A stretch of DNA of 64,000 bases, taken from the NCBI GenBank assembly GCA_041666305.1, contig JBAYHD010000002.1:684-64683 (forward strand). Reading direction: 5' to 3'. Position numbers and translations under genes: made by a program. Source of the stretch: Minisyncoccota bacterium (GTDB lineage Bacteria; Patescibacteriota; Minisyncoccia; Phycocordibacterales; Phycocordibacteraceae). Each line of letters begins with the position of its first letter. The stretch's first letter is position 1. The notes beneath the pieces are model-generated. The model did no database searches and was not told the DNA's origin. It saw only the letters and a list, made by a program, of their open reading frames with translations. Below, piece after piece: positions 37,779-47,605 of this stretch.

Positions 37779-38300
37779 ATGGACGCTACTCAAGGACTTG
37801 CGCAGGTGAACACTCTCGCGACGCAGTATGCGTTCACGGTGTGGAACGGTGCGAGCGACTTTCTTATTATCCTCATCCTTTTCGGCGCACTCTTTCTCTT
37901 CTCGTGGTATTACAACTACGGTCAGCTGGTCGCGCTCCAACTCGCGTTCTACGCCGCTTATGCGCTCTACGTCGTTTTTCCGTACACCTCATCCCTACCT
38001 TCGGCGCCGGCTACGACCTCGCTATGGGCACATGTCGGTCTTTACGCCGCATTCTCGCTCGTCCTCTATATCATTTTGCGGCGCGTGATCGTCTCTGACT
38101 TTTTGTATATTAGCCTTATAGGTGTCGTCGCACTCTCTTTCTTCGCGGCGGCTTTCCTCCTTGCGCTCGCGTATCACACCTTCGGCGTTACTGAGGTGTA
38201 TCGCTTCACCCCCGCGGTGGACCTCCTCTTCGCTGCGAAGAGCTATTTCTGGTGGTGGTTCGTCGCGCCTGCCATCGGACTCTTCTTCCTCGCAAGGTGA
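37779..38300 (+). CDS. hypothetical multi-pass membrane protein
   Basis: about 5 TM segments; TATACT 7 nt before ATG. Confidence 0.75.
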   Translation: MDATQGLAQVNTLATQYAFTVWNGASDFLIILILFGALFLFSWYYNYGQLVALQLAFYAAYALYVVFPYTSSLPSAPATTSLWAHVGLYAAFSLVLYIILRRVIVSDFLYISLIGVVALSFFAAAFLLALAYHTFGVTEVYRFTPAVDLLFAAKSYFWWWFVAPAIGLFFLAR

Positions 38301-38347
38301 CTCCTCGTCGCGAGGTGTCTCCTTGCTGCATGTGATATAGTTTTCGC

Positions 38348-39601
38348 ATGACTTTTTCTGACGAACTAAAGGCGCGCGGGCTAATCGAGCATTTTTCCGC
38401 TCCGGTAGACAAGATCCTTTCCTCGCAAAGGACCGTATACCTCGGCATTGACCCAACCTCCGACTCCATTCAAGTGGGGAATCTTGCGGTCGTGCTCCTC
38501 ATGAAGCGATTTGGGGATGCGGGTAGTTCGCTCGTGTTCCTCGTGGGCGGCGGGACCGGCATGATAGGCGACCCGAAAGAGAAGGGCGAACGCGTGATGC
38601 TCGATGAGAAGACCGTGGCATCAAACACGCGCGCGATAAAAACGCAGTTGAAGAAAATCCTCGGCAACACATCCTTCAGAATGGTAGATAACGCGGACTG
38701 GCTCATGAGCGTGAAGCTGGTGCCGTTTTTGCGCGACATCGGCAAGCACTTCACGGTGAACGACCTCATCAAGCGCGACATCATAAAAAAGCGCCTCGAC
38801 ACGCCGGACGAAAGCATTTCGTACACCGAATTCACGTACGCACTTTTGCAAGGGTATGATTTTATGACGCTCAATGAGAAATACGGTGTGGACCTGCAAG
38901 TCGGCGGCTCCGACCAATGGACGAACATCCTTTCGGGTGTGGATCTCATCAAAAAAAGGATGGGTAAGCAAGTGTATGCGCTCGGCATGCCGCTCGTCAC
39001 CGATGCTACCGGAAAGAAATTCGGCAAGAGCGAGGGCAATGCGGTCTGGCTCGACCCGAAGAAGACGTCGCCGTTCCAGTTCTATCAATTTTGGATAAAT
39101 CTTCCCGACGCAGGCATCGAGAAATATTTAAAGGTCTACACCTTCCTTCCGGTCAACGAAATAGACGCGCTTATGGAACTGCATCGCCGGAATCCCGCGG
39201 AACGCCAGGCGCAGGAAACGCTTGCACGGCTCGTGACCGAGATAGTGCACGGACCGGCCGCGACCGCGCAAGCGGCGGCCGCGAGCGATGCTCTTTTCGG
39301 CGACACGCCGTTCCATGAACTTTCACGCGATGCGCTCGCGGTGGCGCTTGCCGAAGCGCCGTCGGTTATCCTCTCGCGGAAAGACGTTGCGGACGGTTCG
39401 CCGCTTGCCGAGGCGCTCGTGGCCGGTGGCATGGCAACTTCTAAGAGCGACGCACGGCGCCTCATCGAAGGGAAGGGCATCGCGCTTTCGGGCCAGACCA
39501 TCACGGATCCGGATTTGAAAGTCTACCCGGGTGATCTTTCGCATAACTATGCGCTCGTGCGCAAGGGCAGACAGGGTGTTCTCATTCTTGCACTAAAGTA
39601 A
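38348..39601 (+). CDS. tyrS: tyrosine--tRNA ligase
   Basis: YLGIDPTSDSIQVGN, GGGTGMIGDP, EFTYALLQGYDF, QVGGSDQW, KFGKSEG, S4 domain. Confidence 0.97.
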   Translation: MTFSDELKARGLIEHFSAPVDKILSSQRTVYLGIDPTSDSIQVGNLAVVLLMKRFGDAGSSLVFLVGGGTGMIGDPKEKGERVMLDEKTVASNTRAIKTQLKKILGNTSFRMVDNADWLMSVKLVPFLRDIGKHFTVNDLIKRDIIKKRLDTPDESISYTEFTYALLQGYDFMTLNEKYGVDLQVGGSDQWTNILSGVDLIKKRMGKQVYALGMPLVTDATGKKFGKSEGNAVWLDPKKTSPFQFYQFWINLPDAGIEKYLKVYTFLPVNEIDALMELHRRNPAERQAQETLARLVTEIVHGPAATAQAAAASDALFGDTPFHELSRDALAVALAEAPSVILSRKDVADGSPLAEALVAGGMATSKSDARRLIEGKGIALSGQTITDPDLKVYPGDLSHNYALVRKGRQGVLILALK

Positions 39602-39658
39602 ACATTTTTGTGTATAAGTCCTATTGACTTATAGCGCTTGAGCGCGAAGATATTAGTG

Positions 39659-40285
39659 ATGGCGCGATCTGCGGCTTTGTCCGTATCTCAACAACATGAA
39701 GCGGGGAAATTATATGCATCTGGTTTGAGCGCACGCCAGGTCGCTGAACATTTTAAGATTTCGTTAGACGCTACATATTACGCCCTGCGCCATCAAGATA
39801 TCCCTCGCAGAACTATCCAAGAATCAAACCGAATCCTTTTTGCGAGTAAGCCGCTTTCGTATAATGTAAAGACTAAACTCAACCAAGATGAGGAACTACT
39901 CAAAACAGCTGCAATCATGTTGTACTGGGCAGAGGGCTACAAAATCGGGAAAGGAACCGTAGATTTTGCAAATTCGGATCCACAGATGGCCTTAATCTTT
40001 AAACGTTTTTTATCCAAAATCTGCCGAGTGGATGCAAGCAGAATACGCGGACATTTGTATTGCTATGAAGGCCAGAATGTTAGCGAGCTTACTCGCTATT
40101 GGAGCCGCTTACTTTCCATACCTGAGAAGCAGTTCATAAAACCTTATATAAAGAAAGCCGTGAGTCCAGGACCTCGTGGCCCGCGCATGGTTCACGGACT
40201 TGTTCATATAGTGTATTGTGATACAAAGTTGTTGAGGCAGATACTCGTATGGATTGATGAGTATCAGCAAGACTTGACAAAGTAA
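39659..40285 (+). CDS. HTH + LAGLIDADG-like domain protein abutting tRNA-Tyr
   Basis: N-terminal LY..GLSARQVA..F HTH; MLYWAEG.K...FANSDP...F..FL...YWS..L.IP..QF.KP. Confidence 0.7.
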   Translation: MARSAALSVSQQHEAGKLYASGLSARQVAEHFKISLDATYYALRHQDIPRRTIQESNRILFASKPLSYNVKTKLNQDEELLKTAAIMLYWAEGYKIGKGTVDFANSDPQMALIFKRFLSKICRVDASRIRGHLYCYEGQNVSELTRYWSRLLSIPEKQFIKPYIKKAVSPGPRGPRMVHGLVHIVYCDTKLLRQILVWIDEYQQDLTK

Positions 40286-40372
40286 GCATCGGTGGCGGAG
40301 TGGTCAATCGCAACAGACTGTAAATCTGTCGGGCATAGCCCTACGAAGGTTCGAATCCTTCCCGGTGCACCA
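40286..40372 (+). tRNA. tRNA-Tyr(GTA)
   Basis: GCATCGG/CCGGTGC acceptor, ACAGA-CTGTAAA-TCTGT anticodon arm, long variable arm, GAAGG-TTCGAAT-CCTTC, ACCA end. Confidence 0.96.
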
Positions 40373-40396
40373 TAGTTTCGATAAACGTACTCGCGG

Positions 40397-40413
40397 TCCT
40401 TCCCGGCGCACCA
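40397..40413 (+). repeat. duplicated tRNA-Tyr 3' end (att-like scar)
   Basis: TCCTTCCCGGCGCACCA vs tRNA TCCTTCCCGGTGCACCA. Confidence 0.75.
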
Positions 40414-40457
40414 AACAAGGGACTGGACATATGTGCTCGTTGTATAATTAGGGTCAT

Positions 40458-41210
40458 ATGAAAAAAACCACACTGGCTCTTTTGCTCATCATCATTCTTT
40501 TGGGTGCATCATCGCCCGCCTACGCTTCATCAGGTTTCTTCCAGCCGGATTCAAGGCTTTACTTTCTCCAGTCAACACTTGAATCGGTCAAATTGTTCTT
40601 CACGTTCTCTAAAGAAGCAAAGACCGACTACCTTCTGCAATTAACCGACAGGCGAGTAAACGAGATGGCATCGTCTACTGAATCGACCGGTCTATCGTCT
40701 TCTATGGCTAGCCGTTATGAAGCGCATTTCCAAGAATTGGGGAGGTTAGCAAACGAGGCCGAAGATAAAGAACAAGTTGTTGAAAAAATAAAAGAAGCGA
40801 GCCTTCGTCAACAGGACACCTTATCAGCCGTGTATGTCGCAGCACCCGACTCGGCGAAAGATGCGATCTTGAGCGCTCAAGAAAATTCTTCCAAAAATGT
40901 CGCGGCAGTTATTGAGGCCGTAGAGGGAGCTGATAAGGCGCAAGAATATACACAGAAAGTGGAGCAGATACAGCAGGTTGAAAAAGCACAAAGATTAGAG
41001 CAGGCCCCGATGGAGGGAGCTCCTAATGCCGATCCAGGCGAATTTACACCCAATGAATTAAGGTCGGGAAATGAATTAAGATCAGGACAGGAGCTTAACC
41101 AATTGAATCCGACGAATTCCGGCTCAGTCAATGAAAATGGCGGTGGCGGTGGGCAGACACAGCAAGCACAACAAGTACAGCAAACACAAACTACACCCGT
41201 GAATCAATGA
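40458..41210 (+). CDS. secreted helical protein (DUF5667-like)
   Basis: signal peptide; PDS.LYFL....ESVKLFFTFS.EAK..YLL.L..RRV.E. Confidence 0.75.
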   Translation: MKKTTLALLLIIILLGASSPAYASSGFFQPDSRLYFLQSTLESVKLFFTFSKEAKTDYLLQLTDRRVNEMASSTESTGLSSSMASRYEAHFQELGRLANEAEDKEQVVEKIKEASLRQQDTLSAVYVAAPDSAKDAILSAQENSSKNVAAVIEAVEGADKAQEYTQKVEQIQQVEKAQRLEQAPMEGAPNADPGEFTPNELRSGNELRSGQELNQLNPTNSGSVNENGGGGGQTQQAQQVQQTQTTPVNQ

Positions 41211-42121
41211 GCAGGAAAATCCTTATCGTAACAATAGCAACGGCAACAATTTTAATTGGAGGCATTATTATTGTCGTTAATAAACCTCCTGTGGAAATTA
41301 CCCAGTCCTCGTGGCAAAGCGGGGGAGCGGCGATACGCGGCACATTTGCGGACGCTGACGCCGTGAATCTCGGCGATGGCAGATATAGAATGTATTATGG
41401 CGCGGAGCCCGAAATCGCCGGATTTGAAGGGCAGGTATATTCTGCTGTTTCCAGCGATGGAATGAATTGGACGCAAGAAAATGGGACGAGAATGACATGG
41501 GCAATATTTCCTTCGGTTATAAAATTAACCGATGGACGATATAGGATGTATTTCCAAAATGATAATGCGATAAAAAGTGCAATTTCTAGCGATGGACTTT
41601 TGTGGACACGTGAGCCGGGGATACGAGTTGATCGAGCAAATAACGCAGGACTCTCTCTCACTAATGTGGGGGCTCCAACCGTGATGAAGATCGGCAACGA
41701 ATATGTCATGGTGTATTGGGGCGCAATAAACGAAAAATATCCTGCGAAGGTGCCGAACAACGATACACATCTTCTCCTCTGGGCGGTTTCGAAAGACGGA
41801 TTGAATTTTGAGAAAAAAGGAATCGCTCTAGACAGTCGCAACTCCGTTTTTAATGGGTTACTAGACGGTGCAGAATTCGTCGCATGGGACGATGGTTCAA
41901 TACGCCTCTATTTTTGGTCATACCGAGGCATATATCATACGGTCTTTACCAATGGGGTATTCTCAGAGGACGCCGTATTTGACTACACCAACGCTTCGGA
42001 TCCCAATAACCTGTTCCCGCTCAGTCCACCAAGCGACCCGACGTTGATGAAAATAAACAATGAATGGTTTATGTATTACGGACAACATGGGAAGGGTGTG
42101 TATTACGCAATTTTGAAATAA
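41207..42121 (+). CDS. membrane-anchored beta-propeller glycoside-hydrolase-like protein
   Basis: repeated DGRYRMY and SA.S.DG..W (Asp-box-like) units. Confidence 0.7.
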   Translation: MSRKILIVTIATATILIGGIIIVVNKPPVEITQSSWQSGGAAIRGTFADADAVNLGDGRYRMYYGAEPEIAGFEGQVYSAVSSDGMNWTQENGTRMTWAIFPSVIKLTDGRYRMYFQNDNAIKSAISSDGLLWTREPGIRVDRANNAGLSLTNVGAPTVMKIGNEYVMVYWGAINEKYPAKVPNNDTHLLLWAVSKDGLNFEKKGIALDSRNSVFNGLLDGAEFVAWDDGSIRLYFWSYRGIYHTVFTNGVFSEDAVFDYTNASDPNNLFPLSPPSDPTLMKINNEWFMYYGQHGKGVYYAILK

Positions 42122-42145
42122 TTCTAAAATCATTGTCCTAAGAAC

Positions 42146-43198
42146 ATGAACAGAAAAATCATTATCTCGATACTCGCGATACTTTTGATCTTTTTGGGAA
42201 TAGAATTTTTGCCCGGTTTTAATTTTACGGGTAGCGACACATCAGAACAAACAAAGAAGAAGCCTGCTCAAACAGGGACGACATCACCGTCAACAACATC
42301 CGTACCTATTCAGCAGTCAAAAAATAGTGCCAAAGAAACCGCGCCTTCGATGGCTGCGCCTGTTTCGCAAGACAGCGCAAGCTATCTAGTAACATCCGCT
42401 TCTTTGCTCGGCCTTGATACTGCAGTTGAATCGCCTCACTTTACTATCTATTGTCACAAAGCTGATGAGGAAAAAGCGAAAGAATTAGTAACGGTCAGCG
42501 AGAAAGATTATCCCGCACTCGCCCGATTGTTCCCCACAACGCCTCGGACAGACGTTCTCATCACGTACGACGTAAATGAATATGTGAACGTCTTTACCGC
42601 CGCACCTCCGTGGGGCGCCGAGGCATACAAGGACCCCAATTCCGGCGCCGGTGCATTTTGCCCGGGCTGTACGAAGAGTTTGGGAGACAATACCGAATAT
42701 GTGTATATGTTGCGACCGGGGAACGTGTCCTTTGCTCACGAGCTTGCCCATCGTTACTATTGGGCAAGTTATCCGAATCTACGAATGTATACCGATATAT
42801 CATGGCTCAATGAAGGCCAAGCAGTGTATGCCCAGACCGAAGTTGCGCCCGGACCGGGAGGTTTGTCATCCAATCTGGCACGGATCAATGACAATCCTCT
42901 GCCGAATACTTTTGTGGCGCTGAAGCAATTGCTGGAGAAAGGGGACAACGCATCCACCGAAAGATTTTACGATCTTGTTGGGCTCTTGGCGTATTATTTA
43001 GACGGAAAAGTCAGCGGCGGTCTTTATAGCTTCATAGCGAACCTGAACAGCACCGGGGATGTGGACAAAACGTGCCAAAATAAATTAGGGTTAAATTGCG
43101 ACCAAGTATTTGCCGCATGGAAAGGCGTTGTCATAAAAACATCGGCTTCTGACTCCTCAGAATTTCTAACGAAGTATAAAAAGCTCGTTGCATCCTAA
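42146..43198 (+). CDS. exported gluzincin (peptidase MA-like) metalloprotease
   Basis: signal/TM, FAHELAH zinc motif followed by WLNEGQA. Confidence 0.75.
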   Translation: MNRKIIISILAILLIFLGIEFLPGFNFTGSDTSEQTKKKPAQTGTTSPSTTSVPIQQSKNSAKETAPSMAAPVSQDSASYLVTSASLLGLDTAVESPHFTIYCHKADEEKAKELVTVSEKDYPALARLFPTTPRTDVLITYDVNEYVNVFTAAPPWGAEAYKDPNSGAGAFCPGCTKSLGDNTEYVYMLRPGNVSFAHELAHRYYWASYPNLRMYTDISWLNEGQAVYAQTEVAPGPGGLSSNLARINDNPLPNTFVALKQLLEKGDNASTERFYDLVGLLAYYLDGKVSGGLYSFIANLNSTGDVDKTCQNKLGLNCDQVFAAWKGVVIKTSASDSSEFLTKYKKLVAS

Positions 43199-43215
43199 AG
43201 TAGTATACTAATCTT

Positions 43216-43485
43216 ATGGACGAATTCCTGAAGATGGATATTTTCTTTTTTGTGGCGACCGTTGCGGTCGTTGTGCTCGCATTCTTTACGGCATACGTCC
43301 TGTGGCGGTTACAGCGAGTGCTGAAAAATATCGAGCATATTTCAGAGCAAGTCGCGCTCGAGAGCGACATTGTCCGGCAAGATATTGCGGAGATGCGGAG
43401 CGACATCCGGCACGGCAAAAGCCGTCTGAAATCGCTGTTCGGCTTCCTAGGAAAGCTTGGGAAACGAGCGACGAAAAAATCTTAA
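43216..43485 (+). CDS. small membrane protein (DUF948/YoxC-like)
   Basis: N-terminal TM plus coiled coil. Confidence 0.7.
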   Translation: MDEFLKMDIFFFVATVAVVVLAFFTAYVLWRLQRVLKNIEHISEQVALESDIVRQDIAEMRSDIRHGKSRLKSLFGFLGKLGKRATKKS

Positions 43486-43505
43486 TCACTTATTGATACC
43501 TATTT

Positions 43506-43955
43506 ATGGCAAAAGCAAAAAAGACGAACAAAGGGAAAATCGCGGCAGAAATTGGAGTAGGATTGGCTGCCGCCGGCGCCGCCGCGGCTGCGGGCTATTA
43601 TTTTTATGCCAGTAAGTCGGCAAAGAAACATCGCAAGATCGCTGCGAAGTGGGCGAATGACCTGAAGAAGAAAGTGGTGCAGGAAGCGAAACGGCTCGAC
43701 AAAGTCGATCCGAAGAAAGTCGAGAAAGTCATCGATAGCGTTGTCGGCACCTATCGCGGGCTTCGCTCGGTCAATAAGGTGGATATCAAACGTGCGGCGA
43801 CGGAGCTGAAATCAAACTGGAAGCTGGTTGCGCAGGAAGCGCAGAAAACCGCACGCAAGGGTGCATCGCATGCAAAAGTGGTAGGGAAGCGCGTACTCGC
43901 CCGAAGTAAAAAGACAGTGAAGAAGATCGTGAAGAAAGCTCGGAAAAGCCGTTAG
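43506..43955 (+). CDS. basic hypothetical protein (YtxH-like)
   Basis: GLAAAGAAAAAGYYFY segment, Lys-rich helices. Confidence 0.7.
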   Translation: MAKAKKTNKGKIAAEIGVGLAAAGAAAAAGYYFYASKSAKKHRKIAAKWANDLKKKVVQEAKRLDKVDPKKVEKVIDSVVGTYRGLRSVNKVDIKRAATELKSNWKLVAQEAQKTARKGASHAKVVGKRVLARSKKTVKKIVKKARKSR

Positions 43956-43984
43956 ACTCATTTTCCGCGTGCTATCGTGCTTCT

Positions 43985-45049
43985 ATGGATTTCCTGTATC
44001 GTCATGCCCTAAAGCCGATCCTTTTCAAATTTCATCCGGACTTGATGCATGACGTGTTCGTTACCACCGGCGAATTCTTTGGGCGCTTTGCATTGACCCG
44101 GAAACTTTTCGCGCTCATGTACGGCTATCACGGTCCGGACATCAGCAAAACAGTAGATGGTATGATATATCATACCCCCGTGCTACTTTCTGCCGGCTTC
44201 GACTCGGACGGACGGCTCACGCAGATATTGCCGTCGCTCTCCTTCGGCGGCGAAGAAATAGGCTCAACGACCGCCCATCCCTGCGAGGGCAATCCGCGCC
44301 CGCGGATGACGCGGCTCATTCGCAACAAGAGCATCATAGTTTTCAAAGGTCTCCGCAATCGTGGTGTGGATGCGCTCATTACACGGTTGAAGCATACGCC
44401 GCGCGTTCCCGGCTTCGTTATCGGTATTTCGATCGCGCGCACCAACGAACAAGCTGCCGCTACTGATGTGGAAGCGGGAATACATGACTACGTCGAGACG
44501 TTTAGAAAATTGAATGCGACTGGCACCGGCGACTACTACACCATCAATATTTCCTGCCCGAATTCTTTTACCGGCGAGACCTTCATCGAGCCGGCGCTTC
44601 TTGCGCGCCTTCTGCCGCGCTTGCGGGAGATACCGTGCGAGAAGCCTGTGTACCTTAAGATGCCCATCAATATTCCATGGGAGCAATTTGAGCAACTGCT
44701 CGATATCGCCGACAAAAACGGCATACAAGGCGTTATCATCGGGAACTTAAATAAAGACTACAGCCACCTGAAACATCCGGAAGATGCGCCAAAGGAATTT
44801 CGCGGCGGTCTGTCTGGACATCCGACTTTCAAGCTTTCCAATGAACTCATCAAGAAAACACGCGAAAAATACAGTACGCGATTCACTATCATCGGCACCG
44901 GTGGCATTTTCACCCCCGACGACGCGATGGCAAAATTCGCCGCGGGTGCCGACCTCGTCCAGCTTGTTTCCGGCATGATCTTCGAAGGTCCGGGGCTCAT
45001 AAAAAAAATATGCGAAAAATATGCGGCCGGTTTGACTCATCTCGGCTAA
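43985..45049 (+). CDS. pyrD: dihydroorotate dehydrogenase (quinone, class 2)
   Basis: LSAGFD, GNPRPR, INISCPN, GGLSG, IIGTGGIF, GADLVQL..GMIFEGP. Confidence 0.9.
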   Translation: MDFLYRHALKPILFKFHPDLMHDVFVTTGEFFGRFALTRKLFALMYGYHGPDISKTVDGMIYHTPVLLSAGFDSDGRLTQILPSLSFGGEEIGSTTAHPCEGNPRPRMTRLIRNKSIIVFKGLRNRGVDALITRLKHTPRVPGFVIGISIARTNEQAAATDVEAGIHDYVETFRKLNATGTGDYYTINISCPNSFTGETFIEPALLARLLPRLREIPCEKPVYLKMPINIPWEQFEQLLDIADKNGIQGVIIGNLNKDYSHLKHPEDAPKEFRGGLSGHPTFKLSNELIKKTREKYSTRFTIIGTGGIFTPDDAMAKFAAGADLVQLVSGMIFEGPGLIKKICEKYAAGLTHLG

Positions 45050-45122
45050 TCAACTAGATTTGACCTCGGACCGACTCATCATGAGTCGGAAATTCTTTAA
45101 CGTTTTAGACGAGGGAGGAAGA

Positions 45123-45815
45123 ATGATCGAAATCCAACGTGCGATCGAAAAGATCGAGGAAGATGGCGTGGCCGGGTTCTGGTACGCCAAGGAAGTACTG
45201 GGCGACAAGGCAGCCTTTTTCGTCCTTGTAGAATGTCTCCGTCGCAAGAAGATCGCTGAGAACGGAGGACGAACCTCAGAAACTAGACCTTTGGTGAACG
45301 GCCTGCTTCACGACCAACTGAAAGCTGTGTATTCCGTTTTCTCACAGAATCCAGCGCTGTTCTACTCAAAGCGGTGGTACTGTTTCGATAACTTCTCCGC
45401 GTTCACGGTCTATTGGCGCGGACTCTTTTGTCCGACCGCCGAGCATGCGTACCAGGCAGGGAAGTATATCGACAGCAGCGGCTTCATTCTGGAAACGGGC
45501 AGTCCGCAGCCGATCGCGGACATCATTCGCTGTGCGCCTTCGCCTCATGAGGCGAAGAAGTTGGCGAGATCTGATCGATTCAAACCGTACGTCCGCAAGG
45601 ATTGGGACGAATCGGTAAAGCTCGCGGTGATGGAAGAAGTGTTGCGCGCGAAGCTCGCGCAACACGAGTATGTTCGCAGCGAACTCGTTGCGAGCCGGAG
45701 TATGTTGCTCGTGGAAGATTCAAATAAGGATTCGTTCTGGGGACGCGGCGAATTCTGGACTGGAGAAAATCACCGGGGACGTATCTGGATGAAGCTCCGC
45801 GACGAATTACCCTGA
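45123..45815 (+). CDS. NADAR (YbiA) family protein with N-terminal extension
   Basis: FDNFS, PTAEHAYQAGKY, R.DWD..KL.VM...LRAK..QH, LVEDS.KDSFWG, G.NH.G..WM.LR. Confidence 0.87.
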   Translation: MIEIQRAIEKIEEDGVAGFWYAKEVLGDKAAFFVLVECLRRKKIAENGGRTSETRPLVNGLLHDQLKAVYSVFSQNPALFYSKRWYCFDNFSAFTVYWRGLFCPTAEHAYQAGKYIDSSGFILETGSPQPIADIIRCAPSPHEAKKLARSDRFKPYVRKDWDESVKLAVMEEVLRAKLAQHEYVRSELVASRSMLLVEDSNKDSFWGRGEFWTGENHRGRIWMKLRDELP

Positions 45816-45893
45816 TATCGCGCCTTCGTGATGCCTCGCATTCGGCCATTTTGGCGGATGCGAGGCGTTTATTTTTTATGGTATCGTAGGCAC

Positions 45894-46853
45894 ATGAGCG
45901 ACTCACGACCCGTTCTCGTTTCCGGCATCAAACCGACCGGCGACCTGCACATCGGCAATTATTTCGGCGCGATGCGCCAATTCGTTGACCTCACGAAGGC
46001 GGGGAAGTATCGTCCCTTTATTTTCGTCGCCGACTACCACGCACTCAATTCCATCCAAGACGCCGAAGAGATGCACCGACGTACGCGCGAGATAGTGATG
46101 GCGTACATCGCTATCGGGCTCGATCCGAAAGACGTCACTTTTTTCAAACAGTCGGATGTTCCGGCCCACACGGAGCTCTGTTGGATTTTTGACACCATCA
46201 CTACGATGCCGTACCTCATGCGCGCGCACGCATACAAGGACGCCGTCGCGAAAGATGCTGAGATAAACGTCGGGACATTCAATTACCCGATGCTGATGGC
46301 GGCCGACATACTTCTTTACGATGCCGCCATCGTACCGGTCGGTGCCGACCAAAAACAACACATTGAGTACGCGCGCGACACAGCCGAGAAATTCAATCGC
46401 GTTTTTAAAGAGGACGTATTCAAACTTCCGGAGCCGTACATCATGCCGAACGTTGCGGTTGTGCCCGGTACCGATGGTCAAAAGATGAGCAAGAGCTACC
46501 GGAACGTGATTCCTCTTTTTGCATCGCACGACGAACTCTCAAAAGCCGTTATGAGTATCGTCACCGACTCTTCCGGCGAACGTCCAGAAAATGTGTTTGC
46601 CATTCACACACTCGTAAAAGATGCCGGCGAGCTCGGACTTCTATATGAAGAGCATCGCGGCAACTACAAAATGCTGAAGGAGACTCTTATCGATGATCTT
46701 GAACGCTATTTTGCGCCGATGCGAGCGAAGTATGAAGAACTCAAACAAGACTCCGGCATCGTGGACGATGTACTCGCGAAAGGGAAGCTCGAAGCCCGCG
46801 CGATCAGCGAGTCGAAGATGGAAGAGGTGCGCCGCGCTATCGGCGTCGCCTAA
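45894..46853 (+). CDS. trpS: tryptophan--tRNA ligase
   Basis: SGIKPTGDLHIGNYFG, YPMLMAADILLY, VPVGADQKQH, KMSKSY. Confidence 0.97.
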   Translation: MSDSRPVLVSGIKPTGDLHIGNYFGAMRQFVDLTKAGKYRPFIFVADYHALNSIQDAEEMHRRTREIVMAYIAIGLDPKDVTFFKQSDVPAHTELCWIFDTITTMPYLMRAHAYKDAVAKDAEINVGTFNYPMLMAADILLYDAAIVPVGADQKQHIEYARDTAEKFNRVFKEDVFKLPEPYIMPNVAVVPGTDGQKMSKSYRNVIPLFASHDELSKAVMSIVTDSSGERPENVFAIHTLVKDAGELGLLYEEHRGNYKMLKETLIDDLERYFAPMRAKYEELKQDSGIVDDVLAKGKLEARAISESKMEEVRRAIGVA

Positions 46854-47030
46854 AAAGGACGATTTTACGGCCTAAAATGAGAACATCATTTGGTCGTTTG
46901 ATACATATTGACAATATATAGGGTGTATGTTTAGATGGGCGCCAGAGCCATATTTATGGCAAACCTCGCCGCGAGGCCTGAGCGGAGAAGTAAATTGAAA
47001 TACCTATAACCAAGATAAGGAGAAGTGTAT

Positions 47031-47582
47031 ATGTTAGCTACTAGCACGTTAGGGTGGATCCTCTTCGGGTCCATGGTATTTCTCATCGCGAGCGCCCTGT
47101 TAGGGGGTCATCACGATATGGATACCAGCGGTCACGACATGGGTGGTGGAGACGTAGATGGGAGTACCCATCACGGCGTCACAACCTCTGAGCTATTCAA
47201 CCTCCGCAATCTTGCGCTACTCGCTGTCGGCTTCAGTGCCTTCAGCATCATCGCGAGAAATGTTGGCGTTGGAGAACTCGAAACGAACCTCGCTGGCGTC
47301 GCTGGCGCGGTCGTCATGTTCTTCGTCGGTGTTTACTTCTTCCGGATGATCCGGAAACAGGAAGGAAACTCCATCACGAGCAGTACCGATCTCGTCGGCA
47401 AAACTGCAGTTGTTACCGTCGGCATCCCGTCAAACGGATACGGCGAAATAGCGCTACAGAATACCTTGGGCGCAGCAACTAGCCTGACCGCGAAAACGGT
47501 AGGCGTTGCGATCGCACAAGGGTCGGAAGTACGTATTACCGCAGTATCGGGCAACACCGCAACAGTCAACCTGGCCGCTTAG
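47031..47582 (+). CDS. NfeD-like membrane protein
   Basis: TMs, His/Asp-rich loop, C-terminal OB fold LVGKTAVV...IP..G.GEI; precedes flotillin. Confidence 0.82.
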   Translation: MLATSTLGWILFGSMVFLIASALLGGHHDMDTSGHDMGGGDVDGSTHHGVTTSELFNLRNLALLAVGFSAFSIIARNVGVGELETNLAGVAGAVVMFFVGVYFFRMIRKQEGNSITSSTDLVGKTAVVTVGIPSNGYGEIALQNTLGAATSLTAKTVGVAIAQGSEVRITAVSGNTATVNLAA

Positions 47583-47605
47583 GCCTCAACCACGGGAGAA
47601 AAGAA

